A DNA stretch of 64,000 bases from the sequence record MN159079.1, one strand, 5' to 3'. Of the stretch, positions 9,537 to 18,047 are shown in pieces (the stretch's first letter is position 1; every line of letters begins with the position of its first letter). The notes under the pieces are model-generated. The model worked only from the letters and a program-made list of their open reading frames with translations. It did no database searches and was not told where the DNA came from. The position numbers and the translations under genes were made by a program.

Positions 9537-11549
9537 ATGAAAAAGGTAACACTTCGTGAATGGGCCAACCTTTCGATGGAGGCGATGTTGTTGGAAACGC
9601 AACGTCGTTTCCGTATGGAGGTGGTCGATGATAAAGACGATGTGGTGATTACTGACTCCTGGATGATGGCGATGACCTGGTTCAGTCTCGGGGTCCATCG
9701 TCACTTCAAAGATGAACCGTACCATATCGACGAATGTTGTCTTCTGGTTTCCAATGGTGGTCGTCAAGCCTTCGTGGATGATGACACACTACAGAAACCG
9801 ATCGATAACTTCCTCGGTCGTGTCATGCCCAAGTACGATGATCCGGTCATTTACGATCTGATCAAACAACTTGTGTTTGTTTGGCATAACCAGATACACA
9901 ACTACCTCTGTCTCAAAACAGAGGACGCTGCTGTGTCTGCACGGTCAACCGAAATACTGGACATCCGTAATCATCCCAGGGTTGCCGATCTGAAGCGCCG
10001 GGTGATGAGTAAAGAAGTTCATATGGCTGATGCGGCTAAAGAGTTCGAAGAGATCATGATGGGTGAGCCTGACTTCGATCGGTCAGTGTTCGCTCTTCTT
10101 TATCGAACCCGTGGTGTTTCATCCGTTCAGTCATTCCAGTTGCTGATCTCTCGTGGTGACGTAACAGACTTGAACCAGACCATCATGCCCAACACCGTAC
10201 TCGACAGTTATGCTGACGGGATTACTGATCTGGCCGACTCTCTGGCTGACTCTAAGTCCGCCGGTATCTCCCTGATCTCTAACAACGGTGCCTTGCAAGA
10301 CTCTGAATGGTTCCACAAGAAGATTCACAACCACGCTCAAGTTGTTCGTGGGGTCAAGTATCAACAAGACTGTGGGTCGACGACAGGAACCATCCTGAAG
10401 ATCATCTCCAAGGACTTCAGGGACTCCCTGTCCGGTAAGTATCGGATCATGCCTGATGGTAGTTCCGTACTGCTGCACAAAGACACCTTGAAGGAAATCA
10501 AGACTGGTGATATTGTTATCATCCGTTCTGTAGCCTGGTGTCACCACGGGGCTGATAAACCATGTGCTCGCTGTTTCGGCGCGATGGTCTCAGCTCTTCC
10601 CTATAACCCATATACCAAACGCAGTGCAGTACCTGGCCTGTTCTATGGCTCAACCTTTGCAGAACCCATCGGTCAGTCTATCTTGAAGACGAAGCACCGT
10701 ATCGGGTCGGCAAGTACCAAGGGGTATGTCGTATCTTCCCAAGACAAGGATTATATCACCACTGATGAAGCTGGTGATTATCTCTACTTCAACGAGAAGA
10801 TTCTCAATGAAGAGAGTGAACCTTTCTTGATCCTGGATAAGGAAACTCACCAAGACCTTTCTGACTATCGTGTCATTGAAAGTATGGGTGATATTCCGCA
10901 AGCCAGTCTTCGTAGCTATCAGTCTATCCGTCTGAAGATCAGCATGGAAAACCCGATGGTTCCGGATGAACGAGCTTATCAATTCCCGATCATTGTCACT
11001 ACGGTGGCAAGTCGTGATGCCAGGATGACCAAACCCTTCGTAGAGTACCTGATGACTCAGGACATCGTCGAAGAAGGTCGTGGGTACAAGATCTCACTGA
11101 AAGACTTCGATCCCAAAGAGCCGGCGTTCATCCTTCCTCAAGTCAACGAGGATTTGGATGCGTATCGGAAACGGGTTGAGGATTTCCTGACAGTGACTCT
11201 TCGTGGACGCCATGACCGGGAAGTAACACCGGAGATGCACGGTGAACTCATGGTAGCGTTGTGGAAGGTTGTTGACGAGAAGTATAAGGGTGCGAATATC
11301 ATCATGCATGATATCTTCCTCTTTGCTGCAATGGCAAGGGATCCGCAGAACCTGAACTACTCGTTGCCAAACTGTAACGATCGCCGTGTGTTTATTGCAA
11401 TGCACGAGGGTGTAATGAACCGGGGTATTGGTAACGCAATGCTCTATGGTTATCAGAACGAATCACTGCTGAGTAACCCAGCGTGTTATCTGGTGACCAA
11501 CCGTCAAATGGGTGCGCTCGAGGCATTCATGCAACCGATGTGTGTATAA
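9537..11549 (+). CDS. rpoC: Non-virion RNAP beta' subunit, C-terminal part (phiKZ gp74-like)
   Basis: Bridge-helix-like segment, DCGST, Zn site RSVAWC...CARCFG, and trigger-loop-like FAEPIGQSILKTKH. Start moved to ATG 9537 behind AGGAG. Confidence 0.9.
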   Translation: MKKVTLREWANLSMEAMLLETQRRFRMEVVDDKDDVVITDSWMMAMTWFSLGVHRHFKDEPYHIDECCLLVSNGGRQAFVDDDTLQKPIDNFLGRVMPKYDDPVIYDLIKQLVFVWHNQIHNYLCLKTEDAAVSARSTEILDIRNHPRVADLKRRVMSKEVHMADAAKEFEEIMMGEPDFDRSVFALLYRTRGVSSVQSFQLLISRGDVTDLNQTIMPNTVLDSYADGITDLADSLADSKSAGISLISNNGALQDSEWFHKKIHNHAQVVRGVKYQQDCGSTTGTILKIISKDFRDSLSGKYRIMPDGSSVLLHKDTLKEIKTGDIVIIRSVAWCHHGADKPCARCFGAMVSALPYNPYTKRSAVPGLFYGSTFAEPIGQSILKTKHRIGSASTKGYVVSSQDKDYITTDEAGDYLYFNEKILNEESEPFLILDKETHQDLSDYRVIESMGDIPQASLRSYQSIRLKISMENPMVPDERAYQFPIIVTTVASRDARMTKPFVEYLMTQDIVEEGRGYKISLKDFDPKEPAFILPQVNEDLDAYRKRVEDFLTVTLRGRHDREVTPEMHGELMVALWKVVDEKYKGANIIMHDIFLFAAMARDPQNLNYSLPNCNDRRVFIAMHEGVMNRGIGNAMLYGYQNESLLSNPACYLVTNRQMGALEAFMQPMCV

Positions 11550-11559
11550 GGAGAACGTA

Positions 11560-11742
11560 ATGCGTTTCACTATTAATGAGCTGAAAGAGTTTGTAACCGG
11601 TACCGGAACCCGTCAAGCTGACGGGTCTCTCAAACCCGTTCGTCCCCACCAGCTCGGTGGGCTGATTGGTTTGAAACGTCGCTTCAAAGACGCGGCACTG
11701 GTTCTCTGCAAGAAAGCTGATGTGGTGACTTGGGATGACTGA
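11560..11742 (+). CDS. Small hypothetical protein (60 aa)
   Basis: AAGGAG RBS then ATG. MRFTINELKEFV...RRFKDAALVLCKKADVVTWDD. Confidence 0.7.
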   Translation: MRFTINELKEFVTGTGTRQADGSLKPVRPHQLGGLIGLKRRFKDAALVLCKKADVVTWDD

Positions 11743-11914
11743 GTACGGTAAGCTGGACACAGAGAAACTGATCGCGGAACTCAAAAGCCGTGGTTACGTA
11801 CTCGTAGCAAGTCCTGGTAAAGGAGAACGTCCTCCCGCACCTAAACCTATCGACCGTGGGTGCAGTTGTCACTGTGGTCGTTGTCGCCGTTACCAAACCG
11901 GCGCAACTCGTTAA
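11735..11914 (+). CDS. 59-aa Cys-rich microprotein (not in ORF track)
   Basis: ATG overlaps the previous stop. Hand translation MTEYGKLDTEKLIAELKSRGYVLVASPGKGERPPAPKPIDRGCSCHCGRCRRYQTGATR. Paralogous to the next ORF. Confidence 0.7.
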   Translation: MTEYGKLDTEKLIAELKSRGYVLVASPGKGERPPAPKPIDRGCSCHCGRCRRYQTGATR

Positions 11915-11919
11915 CTGTA

Positions 11920-11946
11920 GGGGAGGGGTCCTTCGGGACCTCTTCC
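11920..11946 (+). terminator. Hairpin with UUCG loop (terminator or processing signal)
   Basis: GGGGAGGGGTCC-TTCG-GGACCTCTTCC. Weak U-tract. Confidence 0.5.
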
Positions 11947-11964
11947 TTATATAGGAGTGTTGTA

Positions 11965-12270
11965 ATGCCCAAAGAAGATTTGGCTACCATGAAGAACTTA
12001 AAAGAAGTCGACAGTCAGTCACTGATTGACGCACTCAAATCGCGTGGTTATGAAGTCACCAAGAAAACAAAGAAGACCACTTGGGAACGTATTCAGGAAC
12101 ATCTCCATCGTGAACCCCCTGAATTTCCCAAGACGACTGGTGCGTCAGGTCTTCGACCCAAGATAACCATTTGCCGTTGTAACCACATTCTCTGTGATCG
12201 TTGTTTTCCTAGGAACACGCCCACTAAGTGTCGTTGCAAACACGCACTCTGTCCTTTGTGCAATCTATAG
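11965..12270 (+). CDS. 101-aa protein with two tandem CxCxHxxCxxC Zn-binding motifs
   Basis: AGGAG RBS then ATG 11965. Motifs CRCNHILCDRC and CRCKHALCPLC. Confidence 0.75.
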   Translation: MPKEDLATMKNLKEVDSQSLIDALKSRGYEVTKKTKKTTWERIQEHLHREPPEFPKTTGASGLRPKITICRCNHILCDRCFPRNTPTKCRCKHALCPLCNL

Positions 12271-12276
12271 TGGTGG

Positions 12277-12297
12277 CAGGGAGATTACTCCCTGTTT
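12277..12297 (+). terminator. Short intrinsic terminator-like hairpin
   Basis: CAGGGAG-ATTA-CTCCCTG-TTT. Confidence 0.55.
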
Positions 12298-12349
12298 ACA
12301 AAACTGTATTCTTACTGTGATCAGAATGTGTTAGAGAGCAATGTTTTGT

Positions 12350-12369
12350 AACCCAATATTATTAGGGTA
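12350..12369 (+). promoter_or_regulatory. Putative early promoter
   Basis: AACCCA-ATATTAT-TAGGGTA upstream of the helicase gene. Confidence 0.55.
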
Positions 12370-12413
12370 AAACACTTTAACCATATTTGTGTCCAAGTAG
12401 AGGTTTACGACAG

Positions 12414-13946
12414 ATGAGAAAAACGCTTGTTATATACAAGGCGCATGCTTACGCTCGTCTGACCGGCTTTAAACCTGAACTCGTCAAAGAAGTATTAATA
12501 CCGTTCTGTAAACAAAACTTCTATCGGTTTCAGAAAGTACCTGGTGAGACCTTCGGGACTACCAAGTGGGAAGTCAGTCATGTCTTCGCTAGATTCAACA
12601 GCGATAAGACAGAGTTGCGCTTTAATGCATCAATGATAGAGAACTTGGTCAACTACATGACTGCACGTGGTTATAACAAATCACGTATCGTTATTGAAGA
12701 AGAACCAGAGATCGTTCCGGTCAAGAAGAATCATGAACTACTACAAGCTGGGATAGGTCCTCGCAACGAACTCCAAGAAGAGTTTGTGAAGTTCATGGTT
12801 GAATCGCTTGGATTGGTCACCAACAACATGGGAACAGGGCAGGGTAAGACGTTCTGTGCTCTTTATAGCTCGTTCCTCATAGGAGAACGGATACTCATCA
12901 CGGCACTTCCAAGGTATGTAGATATCTGGGTCAAGGCATTCGGTGAGTTTTACAAGATAGCTGCTAACGAAATAATGTTGGCTGATACTTGTAACGTTCA
13001 AGACGTTCACCAAGCAATACTGAAAGGTGCGGATCCGAAGATCATTATTATCCCGTTAACCAAAATCGATATATACTTGAAGAAAATGAAGGAAGAACCT
13101 GAAACAACGGTTAACCTTGATCAAGTGTTCAACGATCTTGGATGTGGGGTTCGTATCATCGACGAGGCACACGAGTCCATTTACTCTGTGTACCAATCGT
13201 TGTTGTACGGCAACCATAAGAAGACCATGATACTTTCCGCTACCCTGAAAGGTGACGATGAATTTATCAACGGGATTTATAACCAGATCTTCCCGCAGAA
13301 GAGTTATCTGAGAGCGACAGAGTACACCCAGTATATCAATGTCATTTCCTATCATTTCCGTATGGACATGTGGAAATACAAGATAAACACAAAGGGCTTT
13401 GGTGGATATTCCCATGTGAAATTTGAGCAAGGGATACTGAAGAAACCTTATGTGATGGAAGAGTACTTCAAGATGTTGATGGGTGCGTACCGAGAGTACT
13501 TCACTGATCACTATCGAGAAGGAATGAAATCGATGTGGTTCTTCGCTACAACAGAAATGTGTGAGAAGTTCAACGAGTATTTCATCTCTCAGAAGCCTGG
13601 GGCCGACTCTATCGTCTTTACAGCGGCTATAAGTAAGAAACAACCCACTGCATACCGGGAACACGACAACGTTGTGACAACGCCAGGTAGCTGCGGTACA
13701 GGTAAGGATATTCCGTACCTGTTCACTGTGTTTAGCCCAGTGGCTGTTTCATCCTCGCAACGGAATGACCAAATGGTCGGTCGAACACGTCCGGTTGATA
13801 AATGGTGGAGTGACCTCTTCCCATACTTCGTGTACTTCACATGTCGTGATGAACCGAAACAACTTGACTACGACAAAAAGCGTCGAGGTCTCTTTGGTCG
13901 TAAGGCCAAAAAGATAGACGTGATAGATAGTGGTTTCCGTATATAA
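12414..13946 (+). CDS. SF2 DEAH helicase (UvsW-like; phiKZ gp75-like)
   Basis: Walker A GTGQGKT, IIDEAH, LSATL and motif VI QMVGRTR. Start at ATG 12414 behind AGAGGT. Confidence 0.9.
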   Translation: MRKTLVIYKAHAYARLTGFKPELVKEVLIPFCKQNFYRFQKVPGETFGTTKWEVSHVFARFNSDKTELRFNASMIENLVNYMTARGYNKSRIVIEEEPEIVPVKKNHELLQAGIGPRNELQEEFVKFMVESLGLVTNNMGTGQGKTFCALYSSFLIGERILITALPRYVDIWVKAFGEFYKIAANEIMLADTCNVQDVHQAILKGADPKIIIIPLTKIDIYLKKMKEEPETTVNLDQVFNDLGCGVRIIDEAHESIYSVYQSLLYGNHKKTMILSATLKGDDEFINGIYNQIFPQKSYLRATEYTQYINVISYHFRMDMWKYKINTKGFGGYSHVKFEQGILKKPYVMEEYFKMLMGAYREYFTDHYREGMKSMWFFATTEMCEKFNEYFISQKPGADSIVFTAAISKKQPTAYREHDNVVTTPGSCGTGKDIPYLFTVFSPVAVSSSQRNDQMVGRTRPVDKWWSDLFPYFVYFTCRDEPKQLDYDKKRRGLFGRKAKKIDVIDSGFRI

Positions 13947-14001
13947 AAGAACTAGACTCTCAGGACTATGTGTCCTGAGAGTCTATCTATTTGGAGTTGG
14001 C

Positions 14002-14544
14002 ATGATTCTGCAAAATTCCGGTAAGGGGAATTACTTTACCTTTTCATTTATCTTAACTGGTCGTTATGAACATCCCGTATCTGACGCGATAGGGTATGGA
14101 CTGACAACAATGATCAGTATGTACACAATGGACGAGACAGGCGAAGAAGTCACCTTGTCAAATCCATTCAACCGTGACGCAGCCAGATACATCATGGAAG
14201 ATTATCTTCTCAACTATTACACTGCCAACAGTACGCTATCGGCTGCTCTTGATAGCGCCTGTAGCGAGTTGTTAGCGATAGTTGAAAGCCCCCAAGGTGA
14301 TGAACTGGAAAACTTCTTGTGTCACTCATATGGAGTTACAGAGTGTTTTACCAGAGGTGAGGAACGGATCGTCAAACTGTTTATTAAGGAAGGTGGTATA
14401 GCATCTTCACTTGATGAGTTGGAATCTATCCAGGACAGCATGTTCCGGTATGATGAGTACGCTTCTGTCGTAGGTGGAGTAAGTTCTCCCTATTACTTCC
14501 TGGATAAAGGCCCTCCTGTTAATCTTGATGATATACCATTTTAA
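14002..14544 (+). CDS. Hypothetical protein ending in LDDIPF
   Basis: GGAG RBS then ATG 14002. Acidic 180-aa protein. Confidence 0.7.
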   Translation: MILQNSGKGNYFTFSFILTGRYEHPVSDAIGYGLTTMISMYTMDETGEEVTLSNPFNRDAARYIMEDYLLNYYTANSTLSAALDSACSELLAIVESPQGDELENFLCHSYGVTECFTRGEERIVKLFIKEGGIASSLDELESIQDSMFRYDEYASVVGGVSSPYYFLDKGPPVNLDDIPF

Positions 14545-14564
14545 ACAAAACTAAATAAGGAGTC

Positions 14565-15074
14565 GTGATGACTTTAGCTCAAGCATTCGCTGAGTTCAAC
14601 CAGGTAGTTAATCCTATCCAGTTGTCACTCAACGTTCGTATACCGGATCTCCCCGAATATGTAGAGGGGATGAACTATCAGCAGATACTGATAGCACTGG
14701 AAGGTGCATTTAACACTGTAGTGTCAGCAGCAGTTAATAACCAAGCTATTAACCCTGATTACGAAATGTTTGAAGAAGAGATCAGGGCCAACACGCTTGA
14801 ACAATTGATGTCGAACGTGGACGCTGATACTGTTGATGTGGGACTGGGGTACGAATCCCAGTATGATTCCCTGGTCAATAAACTGGCTATGGACATCACC
14901 GATGATTACGATAATCCGGATGTCCAGGTGATGTACAACGAGATGTACAATGCAAGTTGGATGAGGATCAATCTGTACCACTACATGGACCGTGTTCAAG
15001 AACTCAGGTTGGTTGTGTCGTTCCATTACGACCAAGGACCTGGAACATTGAACGGTGTACCAGAAGTAGCATAA
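14565..15074 (+). CDS. Acidic hypothetical protein
   Basis: AAGGAG RBS, 169 aa, ends at the terminator. Confidence 0.75.
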   Translation: MMTLAQAFAEFNQVVNPIQLSLNVRIPDLPEYVEGMNYQQILIALEGAFNTVVSAAVNNQAINPDYEMFEEEIRANTLEQLMSNVDADTVDVGLGYESQYDSLVNKLAMDITDDYDNPDVQVMYNEMYNASWMRINLYHYMDRVQELRLVVSFHYDQGPGTLNGVPEVA

Positions 15075-15077
15075 TGT

Positions 15078-15111
15078 AATTCACCCTCTCCCTGGTGGGA
15101 GAGGGTGAATT
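15078..15111. terminator. Bidirectional intrinsic terminator
   Basis: AATTCACCCTCTCCC-TGGT-GGGAGAGGGTGAATT, perfect 15-bp stem between convergent genes. Confidence 0.85.
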
Positions 15112-15127
15112 GTTCTTATTTTTTTTG

Positions 15128-16435
15128 TTACAAACTGATTGTGTCGAGGTCCAGTGTAATAGTCTTCAACGTGGATACGTGCATACCCTTCATGCGCGTC
15201 AGCATGAACTGGGTGAAGATATAGACAACTTCAGCTGAAACACGAGTCTCTATAGATCCCAACTTCTCACCACAACAGGTCCGGCAGAGGTTATCATCGG
15301 GCTGGACACAGAACTGCGGAACGCGCATCTTGATGGGTTTACCGATGAGTGCCTTGTCACCGCTCTCGATGAGGACAGGTTTCCCATCAACCATGTGATA
15401 ACCGCCAACCCAGCCCTTGAATGTGTCCTTGGAAATCACCACATCCTCAGTACGAGTAGTGCCGCAATCTACAGAACCTACAGAGATACGGTTAGTAAGG
15501 AGGATTGCTACCTTAACTTCCGCACCACCTTCACCAGTAGCGTTACCCCGGTCGAACGACGCAGAGATAGCAGTGTTGATGTACTTGGGGAAGTGATCAT
15601 GATCCCAACCTTCATTCAGGGATTTCCGTAGCAGGGTATATTTGCCGGTATTGAAATCAGGAACCATGTCAAAGATGAGGAACATCTTCTTACGGGCGTT
15701 ATCGATAAACTTGCCATTGATAAAGAAGTCTTTGGAAGGACCGCTATACTGGATCTTGGCATCCATAGCGACTACTTCATCGATCATCTTAGCAACGGCG
15801 ACCGGGTCACCCAGTTTACCTTCCTTTTCCAACTCAGCAAGCAGTTTATCCCGATGTGCAATAACATCAGGATGCACTGTGAGTACGTCGATGGAAGAAG
15901 CCTTAACGAATACATCGTTCATCCCTTCCAGGAAGTCGAGATTCTTGGTGATGTCCAGGCATTGGTTTACAGAAGCTTTACCAGCAGGAACCGTTCCCTC
16001 GGGACCAGGGTTATCAACCATGATGGAGTCAATCAGACCCTTGATGGTTCCACCACCTATCTTACCGTTGATGTAAGAACCAGCATCACCCACGGCTTCT
16101 TTGATCACAACCATGTTGACCAAGAAGATCCCTACCGTGGTTTCGTACTTTTGATTCAACCAACCATTGGTAGTTTGATCTACTGTAAACTTCTCGTTCT
16201 TATGGAAGAGAGGTGCTTCGAAAGGAGTGTGCTCAATAAACACTTTCTCTCCATCCGGACGGAAGAAATAGATCTTCTTCTCTTCCTCATCCCGGTAGAC
16301 GGAATACGGAGCTGTCTTCAGTTTGGCCACGTTGTTTGGTGTGGACTTAACCAAAGAAAAGATAGAGAGCAGAAAGGTCTTTCGGGTATACGCCCTGGCA
16401 TTGAACGCTTCTACCAGGAATTCGAATTTGTTCAT
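15128..16435 (-). CDS. rpoC: Virion RNAP beta' subunit, C-terminal part (phiKZ gp80-like)
   Basis: SLNEGW, SFDRGNATGEGGAEVK (bridge helix), DCGT and RVPQFC...CRTCCG Zn site. Second, divergent beta' piece, as expected for the two-RNAP system. Confidence 0.85.
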   Translation of the reverse strand: MNKFEFLVEAFNARAYTRKTFLLSIFSLVKSTPNNVAKLKTAPYSVYRDEEEKKIYFFRPDGEKVFIEHTPFEAPLFHKNEKFTVDQTTNGWLNQKYETTVGIFLVNMVVIKEAVGDAGSYINGKIGGGTIKGLIDSIMVDNPGPEGTVPAGKASVNQCLDITKNLDFLEGMNDVFVKASSIDVLTVHPDVIAHRDKLLAELEKEGKLGDPVAVAKMIDEVVAMDAKIQYSGPSKDFFINGKFIDNARKKMFLIFDMVPDFNTGKYTLLRKSLNEGWDHDHFPKYINTAISASFDRGNATGEGGAEVKVAILLTNRISVGSVDCGTTRTEDVVISKDTFKGWVGGYHMVDGKPVLIESGDKALIGKPIKMRVPQFCVQPDDNLCRTCCGEKLGSIETRVSAEVVYIFTQFMLTRMKGMHVSTLKTITLDLDTISL

Positions 16436-17328
16436 TGACACAAGTTCACCTCTTTCAATACTGCTTGGGCACGGTACATGATTTCCGTAGTTTCAGAAAC
16501 GTCATTGATGAGGGACATCACTGCTCCTTCAATCTCTGCACCGGTCATCGGGGTCAGCAACATAATGCTGATCATGTTCTTGATGTATTCCACCGGATTG
16601 TTCAGCATCATCTCGCCTACTTCAGCAGCAAACAAGTTCATGTAGATATCCAGTTGTTGTTGGACACCACCGCCATCAACTATGTGACGTTCACCAATGG
16701 TTCCTTTAAGAAACGCTTTGTTGGCTACCAGACGCTTCTTAAAGAAGGGTTCCATGTACTGGTCATCATCCGTACTCAGAATGTTCAAACCAATCAACAT
16801 ACCTTTGGTAACATCGACGGAAACATCCTTAATAACGTACGGGAGTTTTTCTTGGTCCATCAACGGATCAACCAAAGCCATAACTTGGATGAAACGTTCC
16901 TTCGGATCGATACCCTCGTCTTCCAGCACATCTGACAAACCCAGGATGTCTTCTATACCGTCGACGGTATAGATGGTATCGAGGATCTTTGTCAGGATAA
17001 CCAACTCGTCAGGACCAATGTAGTCCATGTCGATCATGATCCCCATTGCTTGGAGGCAATCTACCAAAGCGTAAATGAGTATCTTACGTACTGCCTGAAT
17101 GGTATCAGGAGTATCGTATCCTTCATCGATCAAAACGGTCGTGATGTTAGTGTCCAGGAAACCATTATTTCCACCCGGAACACATTCCAGGGATAGCGTA
17201 ATTAAGTTGTACGCATCCTGTAATTGTATAGCCGCTTCAGGTGTACACCTGACCGCGAAGTCATCCCACATTTCGCCAAGATTATCACTGGCAAGGTTAG
17301 CGTTAGTGAGATCAATCATATCTGACAT
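16432..17328 (-). CDS. Conserved acidic protein co-transcribed with vRNAP beta' (phiKZ gp79-like, probable virion protein)
   Basis: 298 aa. Its stop overlaps the start of the vRNAP gene. Confidence 0.65.
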   Translation of the reverse strand: MSDMIDLTNANLASDNLGEMWDDFAVRCTPEAAIQLQDAYNLITLSLECVPGGNNGFLDTNITTVLIDEGYDTPDTIQAVRKILIYALVDCLQAMGIMIDMDYIGPDELVILTKILDTIYTVDGIEDILGLSDVLEDEGIDPKERFIQVMALVDPLMDQEKLPYVIKDVSVDVTKGMLIGLNILSTDDDQYMEPFFKKRLVANKAFLKGTIGERHIVDGGGVQQQLDIYMNLFAAEVGEMMLNNPVEYIKNMISIMLLTPMTGAEIEGAVMSLINDVSETTEIMYRAQAVLKEVNLCQ

Positions 17329-17370
17329 AATCTTGTCCTTTCAACTGTAAGTTCATAATGGAGTCATAAC

Positions 17371-18036
17371 ATGTCTAATAAGGTTCAACTTAAAGCAGCA
17401 CGGAAGCGTGCCGAACGTAAAGTAGCCTCCAGCCGTAAAAACGGTCGTCGTCTCGCTATCCATCAGAGTGTTCCTCAACTCATGGAAGCCGCCAAGAGCC
17501 AGATCGAACTCGCCCTGGAACGTCACCAGCTGGAGAGTCCTTTCGACATCGCCCGTCGAAGCGATGGTAGTGAAGTCCCTGCCATGGATAAGGCTGCTAT
17601 GATCCAAGGTTGCCGCAAGTCCACCACCGAAGTTTTCCGGATGTTCAGCTACCTGGCCGCAGCCAAGTCCCTGGTCGATCAGGGTCGCATCGAATTCGAA
17701 TTCAAACTGGACCTGGATCAGTGCGCTGCTGATATCGCTGCTCTGGATCGTCGCGTTATCCGTCTGAACGTTCTGGTAGAAGGTGAAGATGACGTCTTCG
17801 GTTACGAACTCATGGATATCGGTTCTACCCTGGAGAACCTGGGTTCCGTCATCTATGATGAAGTCTCTCGTCTTGAGCCGCAAGCTCTGGTCCTCGACAG
17901 CTACATCAATCATGCCGCCCAACAAGTCGTCGCTGATCCTGAAAATGAGATCGCCGACCTCAAGCAGGCCAACCAAACCGTACTCCAATCTCTGGCGTAC
18001 ACTCTGATCAAACCCCACATGGTAAATAAAGCTTAA
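17371..18036 (+). CDS. Conserved hypothetical protein with basic N-terminus
   Basis: GGAG RBS and biased codons. First gene of the 17371-20640 operon. Confidence 0.75.
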   Translation: MSNKVQLKAARKRAERKVASSRKNGRRLAIHQSVPQLMEAAKSQIELALERHQLESPFDIARRSDGSEVPAMDKAAMIQGCRKSTTEVFRMFSYLAAAKSLVDQGRIEFEFKLDLDQCAADIAALDRRVIRLNVLVEGEDDVFGYELMDIGSTLENLGSVIYDEVSRLEPQALVLDSYINHAAQQVVADPENEIADLKQANQTVLQSLAYTLIKPHMVNKA

Positions 18037-18047
18037 GGAGCTTTTGA

